A DNA stretch of 64,000 bases from Nitrospirota bacterium (GCA_040758355.1 JBFLWF010000006.1:45157-109156), one strand, 5' to 3'; positions 1-9,274 are shown, counted from the stretch's first letter. Numbers and translations are program-made. The notes: generated by a model not told the origin, from the sequence alone.

Positions 1-146
1 TGAACGGGGACTGTTGTTTTCCTTCCATCAGGGTGGGTATATCTGAAGTGACTGCCTTTGGACTTTCTCGTATTCTTGAAGCCAAGCCTTTCAAGAATCC
101 TTATAATTTCTTTGGAAGGCAGTATTGGAAGTCCGCCTTCAGTCAA
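1..146 (-). CDS. hicA: HicA-family mRNA interferase toxin (runs off window edge)
   Basis: Not in ORF track. Manual translation from TTG at 146: MTEGGLPILPSKEIIRILERLGFKNTRKSKGSHFRYTHPDGRKTTVPV, with the HicA GSH and TTVP motifs; start overlaps the hicB stop. Confidence 0.9.
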   Translation of the reverse strand, partial: MTEGGLPILPSKEIIRILERLGFKNTRKSKGSHFRYTHPDGRKTTVPV

Positions 147-376
147 ACTGCAACCTCAAGGCTTTTAATGCCTATTACTTCAGGATATTTTAAACTGATT
201 TTTTTCTTTCTTTCCTTAAGTTCTTCAATGCACATGGCAATCACATCTTTTATATTTTCTATTGCCTCTTCAAAGGTCTCTCCCTGTGCATAGCAGCCCT
301 GAAGTGCAGGGCATTCAGCAACATAGACGCCATCTTCATCTTGCTCGATAATTACCTGAAGATTATATTTCTTCAA
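143..376 (-). CDS. hicB: HicB-family antitoxin
   Basis: VIIEQDEDGVYVAECPALQGCYAQGETFEEAIENIKDVI; likely start is the TTG at 376 after a GGAGG RBS, so the ORF-track N-terminus is spurious. Confidence 0.9.
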   Translation of the reverse strand: MKKYNLQVIIEQDEDGVYVAECPALQGCYAQGETFEEAIENIKDVIAMCIEELKERKKKISLKYPEVIGIKSLEVAV

Positions 377-407
377 TTTTAACACCTCCCCTGTTAAGTC
401 TATGAAC

Positions 408-441
408 ATTATACACCTAAAGCCGTTTACAGATAAACCGC
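408..441. repeat. 34-bp direct repeat, copy 1 (copy 2 at 1202-1235)
   Basis: attatacacctaaagccgttt(a/g)cagataaaccgc, one mismatch between copies; contains TATAAT on the minus strand. Confidence 0.9.
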
Positions 442-530
442 CCCGCCTGCTTTTCTGGCAGCAAGGTTGTCGAACCGTTTCAGATTTCTGAACGCATCCT
501 TTGCATTTCTGCCTTCGGCAATGCCGATAA

Positions 531-1082
531 TTACGACTTTTTGAGATGAATAATAGGCTCAAGTTTAGGAAGCAGGAAATATTTTCCAGCCAGTTTGTAG
601 ACTTTGCGAATATCGGCCTTCTTTGAAAGCTCTTTAATATCAATAATGTCCTGACTGCTTAACGGCAGGAGTTTCAGTAAGATAAGGTATTCAGGGGTAG
701 CGACTTTAATGCTCTTTCCCAGAACATCGGCAACAACCGCATTTTTTATCGCATCAGCCGCCAAATCAAATCCGCCCGTGCCTATAATATCAACCTGAAT
801 CTGACCTGACATGAAAGAAAATTTCTCCTGTATCGTCATTCGCGGCGTTGCTTTATGGACAGATACCTTTTTCTGCAGTCTTGTCTGGATAAGAGAGATC
901 AGGTCTACCCAGTTTATCTTTTTTGAGATTATAACAACCAGATCAACATCCCTCGTGGTGCGCGGACGCACCCATGCCGAAAGCGCAAGCCCGCCAATAA
1001 GCGCATAATCTTCGACAATGCCTTCATTCTTCAGCTCATCGAAAAAGGAAATGGTTTTTATAAAGGCTTCGATTATAGACAT
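531..1082 (-). CDS. Nucleotidyltransferase (AbiEii/DUF6036-like)
   Basis: IGGLAL...RTTRDVD and ATPEYLILLK motifs typical of the Pol-beta NTase superfamily. Confidence 0.75.
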   Translation of the reverse strand: MSIIEAFIKTISFFDELKNEGIVEDYALIGGLALSAWVRPRTTRDVDLVVIISKKINWVDLISLIQTRLQKKVSVHKATPRMTIQEKFSFMSGQIQVDIIGTGGFDLAADAIKNAVVADVLGKSIKVATPEYLILLKLLPLSSQDIIDIKELSKKADIRKVYKLAGKYFLLPKLEPIIHLKKS

Positions 1083-1195
1083 TACTTTTTCTTTCCTGCT
1101 TTATGAACCGACTTCTTGATTATTAAGGAAAGTTCGAGCAGTTCGAGGGCGATTTCTATGTTTTTGCCGTTCGGTTTTAAAGGCTTCTTTTTCAT
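1082..1195 (-). CDS. Small basic 37-aa protein coupled to the NTase
   Basis: MKKKPLKPNGKNIEIALELLELSLIIKKSVHKAGKKK; TAATG stop/start overlap with the NTase; TATAAT 6 nt upstream. Confidence 0.55.
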   Translation of the reverse strand: MKKKPLKPNGKNIEIALELLELSLIIKKSVHKAGKKK

Positions 1196-1201
1196 GCTTG
1201 A

Positions 1202-1235
1202 ATTATACACCTAAAGCCGTTTGCAGATAAACCGC
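1202..1235. repeat. 34-bp direct repeat, copy 2
   Basis: Matches 408-441. Confidence 0.9.
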
Positions 1236-1529
1236 AGGGCCTGCCTCTGTAGGTTTTCGTGGCTTGTAAAAAACAAAAATGTGCTCGTGCATTATGAGGA
1301 GAAAGTTGTACTCCTTTGATTTTTTGACCCAAAAACCTGTTGCCCTGCAATTGTGCTGAACCTTGATGATGTCTTCTTTGAGGACGAATCCAGCCTTTAA
1401 AAAGCGCTCCATGACGTTATACGCAAGGGGAATATAGAATTTGTTCCGCCTCGTATCGCCGATAAGAACAGCGCAATGTTTGCCGGGCTTTAAAACCCTG
1501 AAACATTTAGGATAGATTATTTTTGACAA
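1203..1529 (-). pseudogene. C-terminal fragment of an N4/N6 DNA methyltransferase
   Basis: CFRVLKPGKHCAVLIGDTRR...EDIIKVQHN...HEHIFVF; lacks the N-terminal SAM-binding and catalytic motifs. Confidence 0.7.
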
Positions 1530-1556
1530 TTCTAATAAAATACATCAGGTGAACTC

Positions 1557-2009
1557 ATGAAGAAGATATTAACCCTCGCTGATCAGATCAACAAACGAAT
1601 TTGGTGGCATTCTCCACCATCAGACAAAAACGCTTACAAAAAAAGAGGTATGTTCCTGTCTTCGTCATATAAGGAATGCGAATTTTATGGCCGCCCTCTT
1701 GATGAACCAATTAGGGTAAAAGTGTCTAAACCGTTAGTAGACACTGAACGAAATGTAATTAGATTTTTCTTTGGTAATGATTCTCCACAGATGCTTACCT
1801 TAAATGCCTTAATGAATGGCACCTCAAGAAGCCCGGTAAAGGCAAGATTTAAATTAGATGCGGATTTATTTGAAGCAGCTAAGAAAAACAAATATGATGC
1901 CATTGCAATAATCCCAGAAAAGGGTCTTGAAAAAATAAAAAATCACAAACTTCCAAGAAGTGTAGAGTTGAACGTAATTGATTTCGAGAATGGAATTGAT
2001 AAAGTATGA
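1557..2009 (+). CDS. Hypothetical protein, possible ADP-ribosyltransferase-like fold
   Basis: 150-aa ORF overlapping the MTase start; WH...GMFLS...FYG...YDAI...ELNV pattern. Confidence 0.5.
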   Translation: MKKILTLADQINKRIWWHSPPSDKNAYKKRGMFLSSSYKECEFYGRPLDEPIRVKVSKPLVDTERNVIRFFFGNDSPQMLTLNALMNGTSRSPVKARFKLDADLFEAAKKNKYDAIAIIPEKGLEKIKNHKLPRSVELNVIDFENGIDKV

Positions 2010-2947
2010 AAGGCACTACACATAAAATTAAAAGCGAAAAAAAGTGGTCTATAATATACAAGTACACAGAAAGCCCAATTGAATTTTACATTTCAGAAGA
2101 AACAGTCACTTATGGCGACAACGGCAAGAAAAAGCCTTTCTCCATTTACTACGACAACCCTGCACATTCAGTGAGACTTCTCAAAGGCGATTGCATAGAG
2201 ATATTGAATCAGGCCAGGGAAAACAGTGTTGATATGATTTTTGCCGACCCGCCTTATTTTCTTTCTAATGGAGGCATCACTTGCCATGCGGGAAAGATGG
2301 TATCTGTTAATAAAGGCAAGTGGGATAAATCCAAAGGTGTGGCAGAAAATCATAAATTTACTCTCGAATGGCTCAAGGCTTGTCAGCGCGTCCTAAAGCC
2401 AAATGGAACAATATGGGTTTCGGGAACAACACATATCATTTACTCGGTCGGCTTTGCAATGCAGGAGCTTGGATATAAAATCCTTAATGACATTATCTGG
2501 TACAAGCGCAACGCTCCACCAAATCTCTCATGCAGATATTTCACACATTCAACAGAGATAGTTTTATGGGCTGCCAAAAATGAAAAAAGCAAACATTACT
2601 TTGATTATCATCTTATGAAGAAAATGAATCAAGGTAAGCAGATGCGTAATGTGTGGGAAATCTCAGCACCGCCAGCAGAGGAAAAGAAGTTCGGAAAACA
2701 TCCAACTCAAAAACCTGTGGAGCTTTTGAAAAGAATTATCCTTGCATCTACAAAAGGGGACGATTTAGTGCTTGATCCCTTCTGTGGCAGTTCAACAACC
2801 GGCGTTGCAGCGGTCTTATTAAATCGGAAGTATGTAGGGATTGATTTGGAGGATGAATATCTTGCTGTCTCTGTAAAGCGATTGAAAGAAGCAATTGTGA
2901 AAAAAGAACATAAGCTATTTGAGCATAAAGAGGCAGTAACACGATGA
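2006..2947 (+). CDS. Beta-class N6-adenine DNA methyltransferase (DpnA/M2.DpnII-like)
   Basis: DPPY before HPTQKP and DPFCGS; adjacent to a DpnII-type REase. Confidence 0.9.
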   Translation: MKGTTHKIKSEKKWSIIYKYTESPIEFYISEETVTYGDNGKKKPFSIYYDNPAHSVRLLKGDCIEILNQARENSVDMIFADPPYFLSNGGITCHAGKMVSVNKGKWDKSKGVAENHKFTLEWLKACQRVLKPNGTIWVSGTTHIIYSVGFAMQELGYKILNDIIWYKRNAPPNLSCRYFTHSTEIVLWAAKNEKSKHYFDYHLMKKMNQGKQMRNVWEISAPPAEEKKFGKHPTQKPVELLKRIILASTKGDDLVLDPFCGSSTTGVAAVLLNRKYVGIDLEDEYLAVSVKRLKEAIVKKEHKLFEHKEAVTR

Positions 2948-3870
2948 AATATTCCCCAATATTTAAAAATAAGATAGGTTGTAAGAATGAAAGCGAAGTA
3001 TTTGCTTATCTGATCAATAATCTTAATGATTCCATCAGATACTGGGACTATTTTGTGAACTGGAAAAAGGTTCTCGGTAACACGCGAGAGTTGGAGGTAG
3101 ATTTGAATATTATGAACTACCTGATCGGCAAGGAAGATATTGAGAAAGAATTTGGTTGTCTTTTAAAAAAGCATCCTCAGATTTTAAGATTAGTTCCTGT
3201 GCTTCTTGCATGTAGAGAACATAAGTTTAAAATCCTCACAGATCTTTCTGAGGGGAATCTCAAGTATGATGATTTTTCATTTGAGGAAAAGAGAAACCTT
3301 TCCGATGCTGAAATTTCAAAAGTTGTCCGTTTTGCGCAAAAAAGTGGCTTGTTAAAAATATTCAAAGACAAAACCGTTAAGAATGTTGTTGATTACACAA
3401 TTGGGATTGAGGTTGGGCTTGACAGTAATGGGCGTAAAAACCGAGGCGGTACTGCTATGGAGAAAGTTATCGAATCTTATATTAAAGTAATATGCAAAAT
3501 GCATGGCTTCAGATATATGAAACAGGCGACTTCTGAAAAGGTGTCTTCAGAATGGGGACTGAAACTTAGTGTTGACAAATCAAGTAGACGATTCGATTTT
3601 GCAGTATACAATGGCAAGAAGCTTTATCTCATAGAAGCCAATTACTATGGCGGTGGAGGCTCTAAACTTAAATCTACAGCAGGCGAATATAAAGCTCTAT
3701 ATGATTTTGTCTCTAAGGACGGTCATAAATTTATCTGGATTACCGATGGCTTGGGATGGAAGACTACCAGTAGGCCTTTAGAGGAAACTTTTAATCATAT
3801 CGAGTATCTTTTGAATTTAAAAATGCTTACTGAAGGTATCTTAGATGGGATTGTTGTAAATAACCTCTAA
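2944..3870 (+). CDS. Type II restriction endonuclease, DpnII family (GATC)
   Basis: GIEVGLDSNGRKNRGG, FDFAV...IEANYYGGGGSK and FIWITDGLGW, characteristic of the DpnII/MboI family. Confidence 0.9.
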   Translation: MKYSPIFKNKIGCKNESEVFAYLINNLNDSIRYWDYFVNWKKVLGNTRELEVDLNIMNYLIGKEDIEKEFGCLLKKHPQILRLVPVLLACREHKFKILTDLSEGNLKYDDFSFEEKRNLSDAEISKVVRFAQKSGLLKIFKDKTVKNVVDYTIGIEVGLDSNGRKNRGGTAMEKVIESYIKVICKMHGFRYMKQATSEKVSSEWGLKLSVDKSSRRFDFAVYNGKKLYLIEANYYGGGGSKLKSTAGEYKALYDFVSKDGHKFIWITDGLGWKTTSRPLEETFNHIEYLLNLKMLTEGILDGIVVNNL

Positions 3871-3908
3871 AGGGACAACAAAAATTGTACTCTGAATTTT
3901 TTAAGTCT

Positions 3909-4160
3909 CTATACTTCTATAGGCCATATAGGAGTAAAAGAATTGTTCGTCTCTTCAACTGATATTATGTTTTTGACCTCAAATTTACGCGTCCCCTTTT
4001 TCATTATGTCATAACAATAAAAGAATTCACTCCCTCTCTCAAATCTGTAACTGTATGGTTCGGCTTCTCGAGTTTCAATAGAACCATCTTTCTCCTTAGC
4101 TGTTAATAGAATGGTATGAAGATTTTTACCAGCAGATGAAATAATATCTTTAATTGTCAT
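3909..4160 (-). CDS. Stand-alone WYL-domain protein
   Basis: TREAEPYSY...FFYCYD...TRKFEVKNI matches the WYL SH3-like pattern; GGAGG RBS. Confidence 0.7.
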   Translation of the reverse strand: MTIKDIISSAGKNLHTILLTAKEKDGSIETREAEPYSYRFERGSEFFYCYDIMKKGTRKFEVKNIISVEETNNSFTPIWPIEV

Positions 4161-4248
4161 TGCATACCCTCCACTGAAAAAATATTCTTAAAATAATAAT
4201 CATTCTTTTTTGTCTACCCCCTACCAAAATTCAGGGTGCGACCTATCT

Positions 4249-6162
4249 TCAGACATCTGGTAATATTCTTTTGCAGAGATCTTCTAATAGAACACATTTC
4301 TTGCCCTTCTCCCAGAGATGCTGAAGAGTAGCCACTATAACCATTTCGTTTTTCTTTTTATTGGATATATCATTATAGCCGTAAAGCGCTACCATTTCAG
4401 CTTGTGCTTTATCCCAGACGTCATGCCCGATCTCATCTCGAACTGAATCCCTTATATTAGTACCCCACATTACCACATTTGTACCAAAATATCCGCCAGC
4501 CGACAACGGATCAACATCAGATGCTGAACATAAGTTGAGAATACATCTATTATCACGGCTATTGTCCTTCTTAACACAGTCCTTTGCATTCTTATCAGAA
4601 TCACCATCAAAAATTACAAAATAGGGAATAGAGAGTTCCTTAGCTATAGCAAGTGGTCTGCTCATACTAGTCTTTCCACCGCATATAATGAAATGTCCGC
4701 CGCGCCGCTTAAACTCCATCATTCGCCCCAATAGTTCAATGTATGTCGATATAAAAGCAACGTCCTCAATACCCTCTACTAATACTGCTAATCCGCTGAA
4801 ATAAAGTTCGTTTAAAGAAGGTTGCATTATCTGTTGGATCATTGCCATGCAACTAGACGGCGGTGCGGGACTTTCACCTAAAGCAGCGGCAATGCAATTA
4901 CTTAGCTTTTCTAATGTCAGATGAGATGCGGTGGAACAATCATCATCGTCTTTCCATCGAACTAATCTTATATTTTCTACTCCTTTCCCAGATACAAAAT
5001 ATGGGCTGTGGGTAGTCACAACAACTTGAGCATTTTCCATGTCTTCAAGAAGTTTTGCCAAGTGCCGGGCCTGCGGAGGATGTTGATAGACTTCAGGCTC
5101 CTCAAACCCCAGAAGGAGCATAGGAACTTTTTCCTGTTTACTCTTTGCCAACATCTGTAATACTGAAACAATAAAAGCACGCTGTAACCCATGCCCCATT
5201 CTTCGTATATCACCAAGAAACTGCTTTTCGCCCACCTCTGCCTTAGCTAACGGCGGATCGACTTTAAATTTGCTTGGATCGAAATTCCAAGATAGTTTTA
5301 CTCTGGCATCAGGATGAGTCCATTCCTGTAAAAGGCTTTGGAGCGAAGCCGAAACATCCTCTAATACATGATCTTGCTCACGAAGTATTGCTTCGTACTT
5401 TGTTCGTACTTCTTCCTTTAGGGGAATGAGATAGTCTGCAAAATTGACACGCGACCTTATAGTTCGCTCAAGCAATTTGCCGAATGCTGTATTCTTAGAT
5501 TCTTCTTGCTCGCTGGCTGCATCTTTTACAGCAGGAATGTACACCCATTGCAGAAAGGGATCTAGTTTCCCTGATCCTTGGAATCCGAAAAATTGATCTT
5601 CGCTATCAATAAGTTCACACAATTCTGGGTGCTGGTCTTCATAAGCTCGGAGTGCTTCAAGCTTATCGTCCTTAGATTTCGGATTTGGAAGGTCTGGATA
5701 CCTTTCGCGATATCCGTTATAAAGTTGCGTTAACAGGGCGGCACTTTGACCTGCTTTATATGCCTCAAAAAATGGCCTAAATTCACCCATTCCCAGTCTT
5801 GCACCGAATTGCCTAACTTCTGCGGTTCTTTTTTCTTCATTCCAGACAGCTTTAGCAGTAAATATAAGTTTTTCGTTTCGTACATAGTGTTGCAAACTCT
5901 CTTTAGCTTCGGGTGTCAATTCGCCGAAAGTTGCCCTGATTTCTATCGGGTCAGTGGTATTTCGATTGTGGAAATCCTCTTCTATTAATATCTGTACATC
6001 GGTTGTTACATCGGTCTTATTTCGGAATAAAACGTTTAAAGCCATAAGGACTGTTGATTTGCCAGCGCCGTTTGGGCCTACAAGAGAGGTATACTTGCCA
6101 AAGTGGATGGTTGAGTCTTTAAATCCCCTATAGTTCTTAATCTCTAAAGTTTCAAGCTGCAT
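4249..6162 (-). CDS. OLD-family ATP-dependent nuclease (ABC ATPase + TOPRIM)
   Basis: GPNGAGKS Walker A, FEEPE, TTHS, VLVEG..D, and DGD TOPRIM motifs. Confidence 0.88.
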   Translation of the reverse strand: MQLETLEIKNYRGFKDSTIHFGKYTSLVGPNGAGKSTVLMALNVLFRNKTDVTTDVQILIEEDFHNRNTTDPIEIRATFGELTPEAKESLQHYVRNEKLIFTAKAVWNEEKRTAEVRQFGARLGMGEFRPFFEAYKAGQSAALLTQLYNGYRERYPDLPNPKSKDDKLEALRAYEDQHPELCELIDSEDQFFGFQGSGKLDPFLQWVYIPAVKDAASEQEESKNTAFGKLLERTIRSRVNFADYLIPLKEEVRTKYEAILREQDHVLEDVSASLQSLLQEWTHPDARVKLSWNFDPSKFKVDPPLAKAEVGEKQFLGDIRRMGHGLQRAFIVSVLQMLAKSKQEKVPMLLLGFEEPEVYQHPPQARHLAKLLEDMENAQVVVTTHSPYFVSGKGVENIRLVRWKDDDDCSTASHLTLEKLSNCIAAALGESPAPPSSCMAMIQQIMQPSLNELYFSGLAVLVEGIEDVAFISTYIELLGRMMEFKRRGGHFIICGGKTSMSRPLAIAKELSIPYFVIFDGDSDKNAKDCVKKDNSRDNRCILNLCSASDVDPLSAGGYFGTNVVMWGTNIRDSVRDEIGHDVWDKAQAEMVALYGYNDISNKKKNEMVIVATLQHLWEKGKKCVLLEDLCKRILPDV

Positions 6163-6306
6163 TCTTCCTCCTAATACGAGCTTTACTTAATAAGATATAG
6201 AGGCAACTTGTATATTATCCATGGGGCGCAGGCTTATTTTTCGATCACTTTTTTCTGTCAGCAATCCATTTTTTGACAGTCCTGTCTTATTTCTGCCGCA
6301 TTATAA

Positions 6307-6540
6307 ATGAGAAAATGGAATTTTTTCAATATAAAAACAGGACATTTCTATTTTGGCTTGACATCACAAAAACAAGGCGGAGATTTATCTTTAGGCGAGG
6401 CATATTCTTTTGATAGACGCCTTCAAGTGCTACATCCAGATAACAAGCACATCCGCCCCAAAATCTGTCAGCAGTTGCAGATTCTGAGGGATAAAGGCAT
6501 TCTGGAATTCAAAGGACAAGGGAAATATCAATTCAAATAA
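6307..6540 (+). pseudogene. Remnant of DpnI/Dam-replacing protein C-terminal winged helix
   Basis: LHPDNKHIRPKICQQLQILRDKGILEFKGQGKY; catalytic domain absent. Confidence 0.75.
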
Positions 6541-6693
6541 CTTAGCCCTCGCCCCGCCCCAAAATCCGCTCTATGAGTCGTTGACTCCACTCTATGAGCC
6601 GTTGGCTCAACGAGCCATAGGCGAGTCAGAGACCGGCAGCTTTAAATATAATTTTTTGTTATAATTGTGTTATAACACTGCACGGAGGTTTCG

Positions 6694-6942
6694 ATGCACA
6701 GGAAATTATGTTCCATAGGCAACAGTCAGGGAATATCAATTCCGCTGGATATGCTCGAAAGACTCAATCTGTCTGTAGGCTCTGAAGTGGATGTCAAGCT
6801 TGACGAAGCTGAATCAAGAATTATCATAGAGCCGGTAATGAAAAAAAAATATCCCAGGGGCATTGACAGGGAATTTGTCTCTCAGGTTAATGATTTTATC
6901 GGAAAGTACAAACCTGCGCTAAAAGAACTCGCAAAGAAGTGA
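6694..6942 (+). CDS. AbrB/MazE-type antitoxin
   Basis: IGNSQGISIP swapped-hairpin motif; C-terminal YKPALKELAK typical of Doc partners. Confidence 0.88.
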   Translation: MHRKLCSIGNSQGISIPLDMLERLNLSVGSEVDVKLDEAESRIIIEPVMKKKYPRGIDREFVSQVNDFIGKYKPALKELAKK

Positions 6943-7328
6943 AATATCTTTTAGTAGAGCAGGTTCTTTTTATTCACAGCAGGCTTATAGATGAGACAGG
7001 CGGCTCGCACGGAGTCAGGGATTTGGGGCTTCTTCAGGCTGCGGTATCGAGGCCGAAGGCGACTTTCGGGGGCAAAGACCTCTATCTTGATATTTTTCAC
7101 AAGGCAGCGTCCCTCATGGAATCGCTTATAAAAAACCATCCTTTTATTGACGGCAACAAAAGAACCGCAATAACATCTGTCGGTATTTTTTTGCAAAGAA
7201 ACGGCTGGTTATTGGAAACTTCACAAAAGGAGCTTGAGAGATTTGTGATTTCCGTGGCTGCAGGCAATGCCTCTTTTGATGATATTGTTAAGTGGTTTAA
7301 GCAGTATTCCTCAAAAGCAAAAATATAG
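6939..7328 (+). CDS. doc: Death-on-curing (Fic/Doc) toxin
   Basis: HPFIDGNKRTA motif. Confidence 0.9.
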   Translation: MKYLLVEQVLFIHSRLIDETGGSHGVRDLGLLQAAVSRPKATFGGKDLYLDIFHKAASLMESLIKNHPFIDGNKRTAITSVGIFLQRNGWLLETSQKELERFVISVAAGNASFDDIVKWFKQYSSKAKI

Positions 7329-7469
7329 ACACATCCGCCCCCCAAAATCCGCTCGAAGCGAGTCTCGCGAAGAGTCGCACCGACCAGCAGCTTCAAATCC
7401 TCCGAGACAAAGGCATACTGTCCACGACTCGCAGAGGAGTTTAAATGGGAAGGGGAGGTACGGGATTTT

Positions 7470-7763
7470 TTAAGGATGGGGTGTAATGGCTATAATAGTT
7501 ATCTCTTTGTTTCCGGGACCATAATGCCAAAATATTCTATACGCGGCAGGGGTGGACTGCTCTGCATATGCCTCAAATACTTTTTCTCCTTTTGGACCTT
7601 TTAACGAAGTAAATTCATGGGTTTGCAGTCCGGGATGTCTTGGGTTTTGAGATAAAAATTGAATTGTCTTTTTTACTGCGTTATATCGTTTGGCAAGACC
7701 TTTGTCTGTCTTGAGCCGGTTTAACTGTTCTTTAGCCTCATCGGTCAGGAGTATATCGAACAA
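7470..7763 (-). CDS. RelE/ParE-superfamily toxin
   Basis: NPRHPGLQTHE...AYRIFWHY...IIAITPHP; downstream of an antitoxin-like gene. Confidence 0.7.
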   Translation of the reverse strand: MFDILLTDEAKEQLNRLKTDKGLAKRYNAVKKTIQFLSQNPRHPGLQTHEFTSLKGPKGEKVFEAYAEQSTPAAYRIFWHYGPGNKEITIIAITPHP

Positions 7764-7772
7764 GAGAGATTC

Positions 7773-8021
7773 CTATAATTCATTGAGATTGAGTTTTGAA
7801 ATCCTGCCTTCAGATGCGTCTTTCAGCCCTTTGTGAACGCTTTTAAGAGCTTCTTTATTTTTATAAAGCCATCTTTCGGGAAGCGGAATAGTTTCCAAAA
7901 GGGTTTCTAACCTGTCAAGCTCGTCCATAGCAATAACAGCAGCCACTTTGTGCCCTCTTTTATCTGTTAAATACTGCTTAATTTTAATAAGTTCGCTTTC
8001 GCTCTTTAAGGTTGCCGGCAT
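7773..8021 (-). CDS. Putative antitoxin
   Basis: ERWLYKNKEALKSVHKGLKDASEGRI C-terminus; AGGAGG RBS; paired with the RelE-like gene. Confidence 0.65.
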   Translation of the reverse strand: MPATLKSESELIKIKQYLTDKRGHKVAAVIAMDELDRLETLLETIPLPERWLYKNKEALKSVHKGLKDASEGRISKLNLNEL

Positions 8022-8130
8022 ATATCCTCCTTTGAAGCCTGTTGCTAAAATAAATTATAACATAATAACAAACACATCCACCCCCAAAATCCGCCGGCAG
8101 CGGTTTTTAATATGCCAATGGTCGTGAGAA

Positions 8131-8322
8131 CTACACCTGTGCGGTTTTTAATTCTCCTGAATGGGGACGTTTTCTGTTCGGACAGTATATCACGGGGCAG
8201 GACTCGCAGCTTTCAGCAGAGTCTATCTCAAAGCCGAAGGGGATCAATTCTCCGCAGTCGCATTGCCAGCCTTCTGGGGTATGTTTTGATAATGCATTAT
8301 CACAAAAAGGACATTTAAGCAT
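8131..8322 (-). CDS. Small Cys-rich (zinc-ribbon-like) protein
   Basis: CPFC, CDC and CESC...CP in 63 aa. Confidence 0.55.
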   Translation of the reverse strand: MLKCPFCDNALSKHTPEGWQCDCGELIPFGFEIDSAESCESCPVIYCPNRKRPHSGELKTAQV

Positions 8323-8398
8323 ATGTCTAATTTAAGTATAGAACCGGGGAAAATATTTTTTTATGACGTGTATCATATGGATGCACACCCCTGTGTAT

Positions 8399-9214
8399 TT
8401 ATCCCTTCCTTGAATCCTCAAGGTTACGAACAATCTCTGCGCCTATGAGGAATATGCAGGATGAATAGAAGACCCACAGGAGGAATATCACAAAGGCCGA
8501 GAGGGGTCCGTATATGGTTCCTAATTTCGCAACCTTTACTACATAGAGGGTGAAGGTGTGCTTTGCTGCTTCAAGAAGGATTGCTGTAAATAACGCCCCT
8601 GATAATGCGCAGCTGAGTCTTATCCTTTTTTTCGGGAGGAAGATGTAGAGCGTGGCTGCGGTCAGGAATACCAGTATCAATGGCACGACAAATTTTATTA
8701 CAAAGCCTGTTATCTTCCCAATCTTTACATCCGGGAAAAATTCCTGAAGTGTCTTAAGCATCGAGATTGCAGCTGTTGCGCCAAAGGAGGCAAGGATAAA
8801 GGCAATTATCAGGGTGATGATGAATAGAGAGAGGACAATGGAGATTATAAAATGTCTCTTAGCCTTTGTCTTGAATATCACATTTGTTGCTGTTTCAAGT
8901 GATGAAAAAAGCTGGTAGGACAATACGGCATAGAGGATTACTGTAAACTGCCCTATTCCTTTGTAGGATATTATCTTTTTCAGTTCGTTGGTTATCTCGT
9001 GTGTGATCTTTGGAAAGAAACCCACGAGTTTTGCTGAAAAGAATCTGAGCAGTTCTTCATTGCCGCCGAGGAAATGTCCGAATATTGTCACGAGGAGGAG
9101 GCAGAAGGGGACGATTGCCATCATGGTGAAGTATGATATTGAGCCTGCAAGCATGAGCCCGCCGTCCCTGAAGAAGTCCACGAAGCTTCTGAGTATTGCC
9201 TTTACATATCGCAT
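8399..9214 (-). CDS. YihY/BrkB family membrane protein
   Basis: Hydrophobic helices; IYGPLSAFVIFLLWVFYSSCIFLIGAE. Confidence 0.9.
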   Translation of the reverse strand: MRYVKAILRSFVDFFRDGGLMLAGSISYFTMMAIVPFCLLLVTIFGHFLGGNEELLRFFSAKLVGFFPKITHEITNELKKIISYKGIGQFTVILYAVLSYQLFSSLETATNVIFKTKAKRHFIISIVLSLFIITLIIAFILASFGATAAISMLKTLQEFFPDVKIGKITGFVIKFVVPLILVFLTAATLYIFLPKKRIRLSCALSGALFTAILLEAAKHTFTLYVVKVAKLGTIYGPLSAFVIFLLWVFYSSCIFLIGAEIVRNLEDSRKG

Positions 9215-9274
9215 TTATGCTCAATTATAACAGAATCGATTGCTGGCAGTGCGTAAGCATGGTATTATTTTAGT

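Noticed and set aside
4249..6162. Gabija system
   Set aside because: No GajB/UvrD helicase adjacent
6554..8101. CRISPR array
   Set aside because: Repeats are degenerate, irregularly spaced and separated by whole genes; no cas genes
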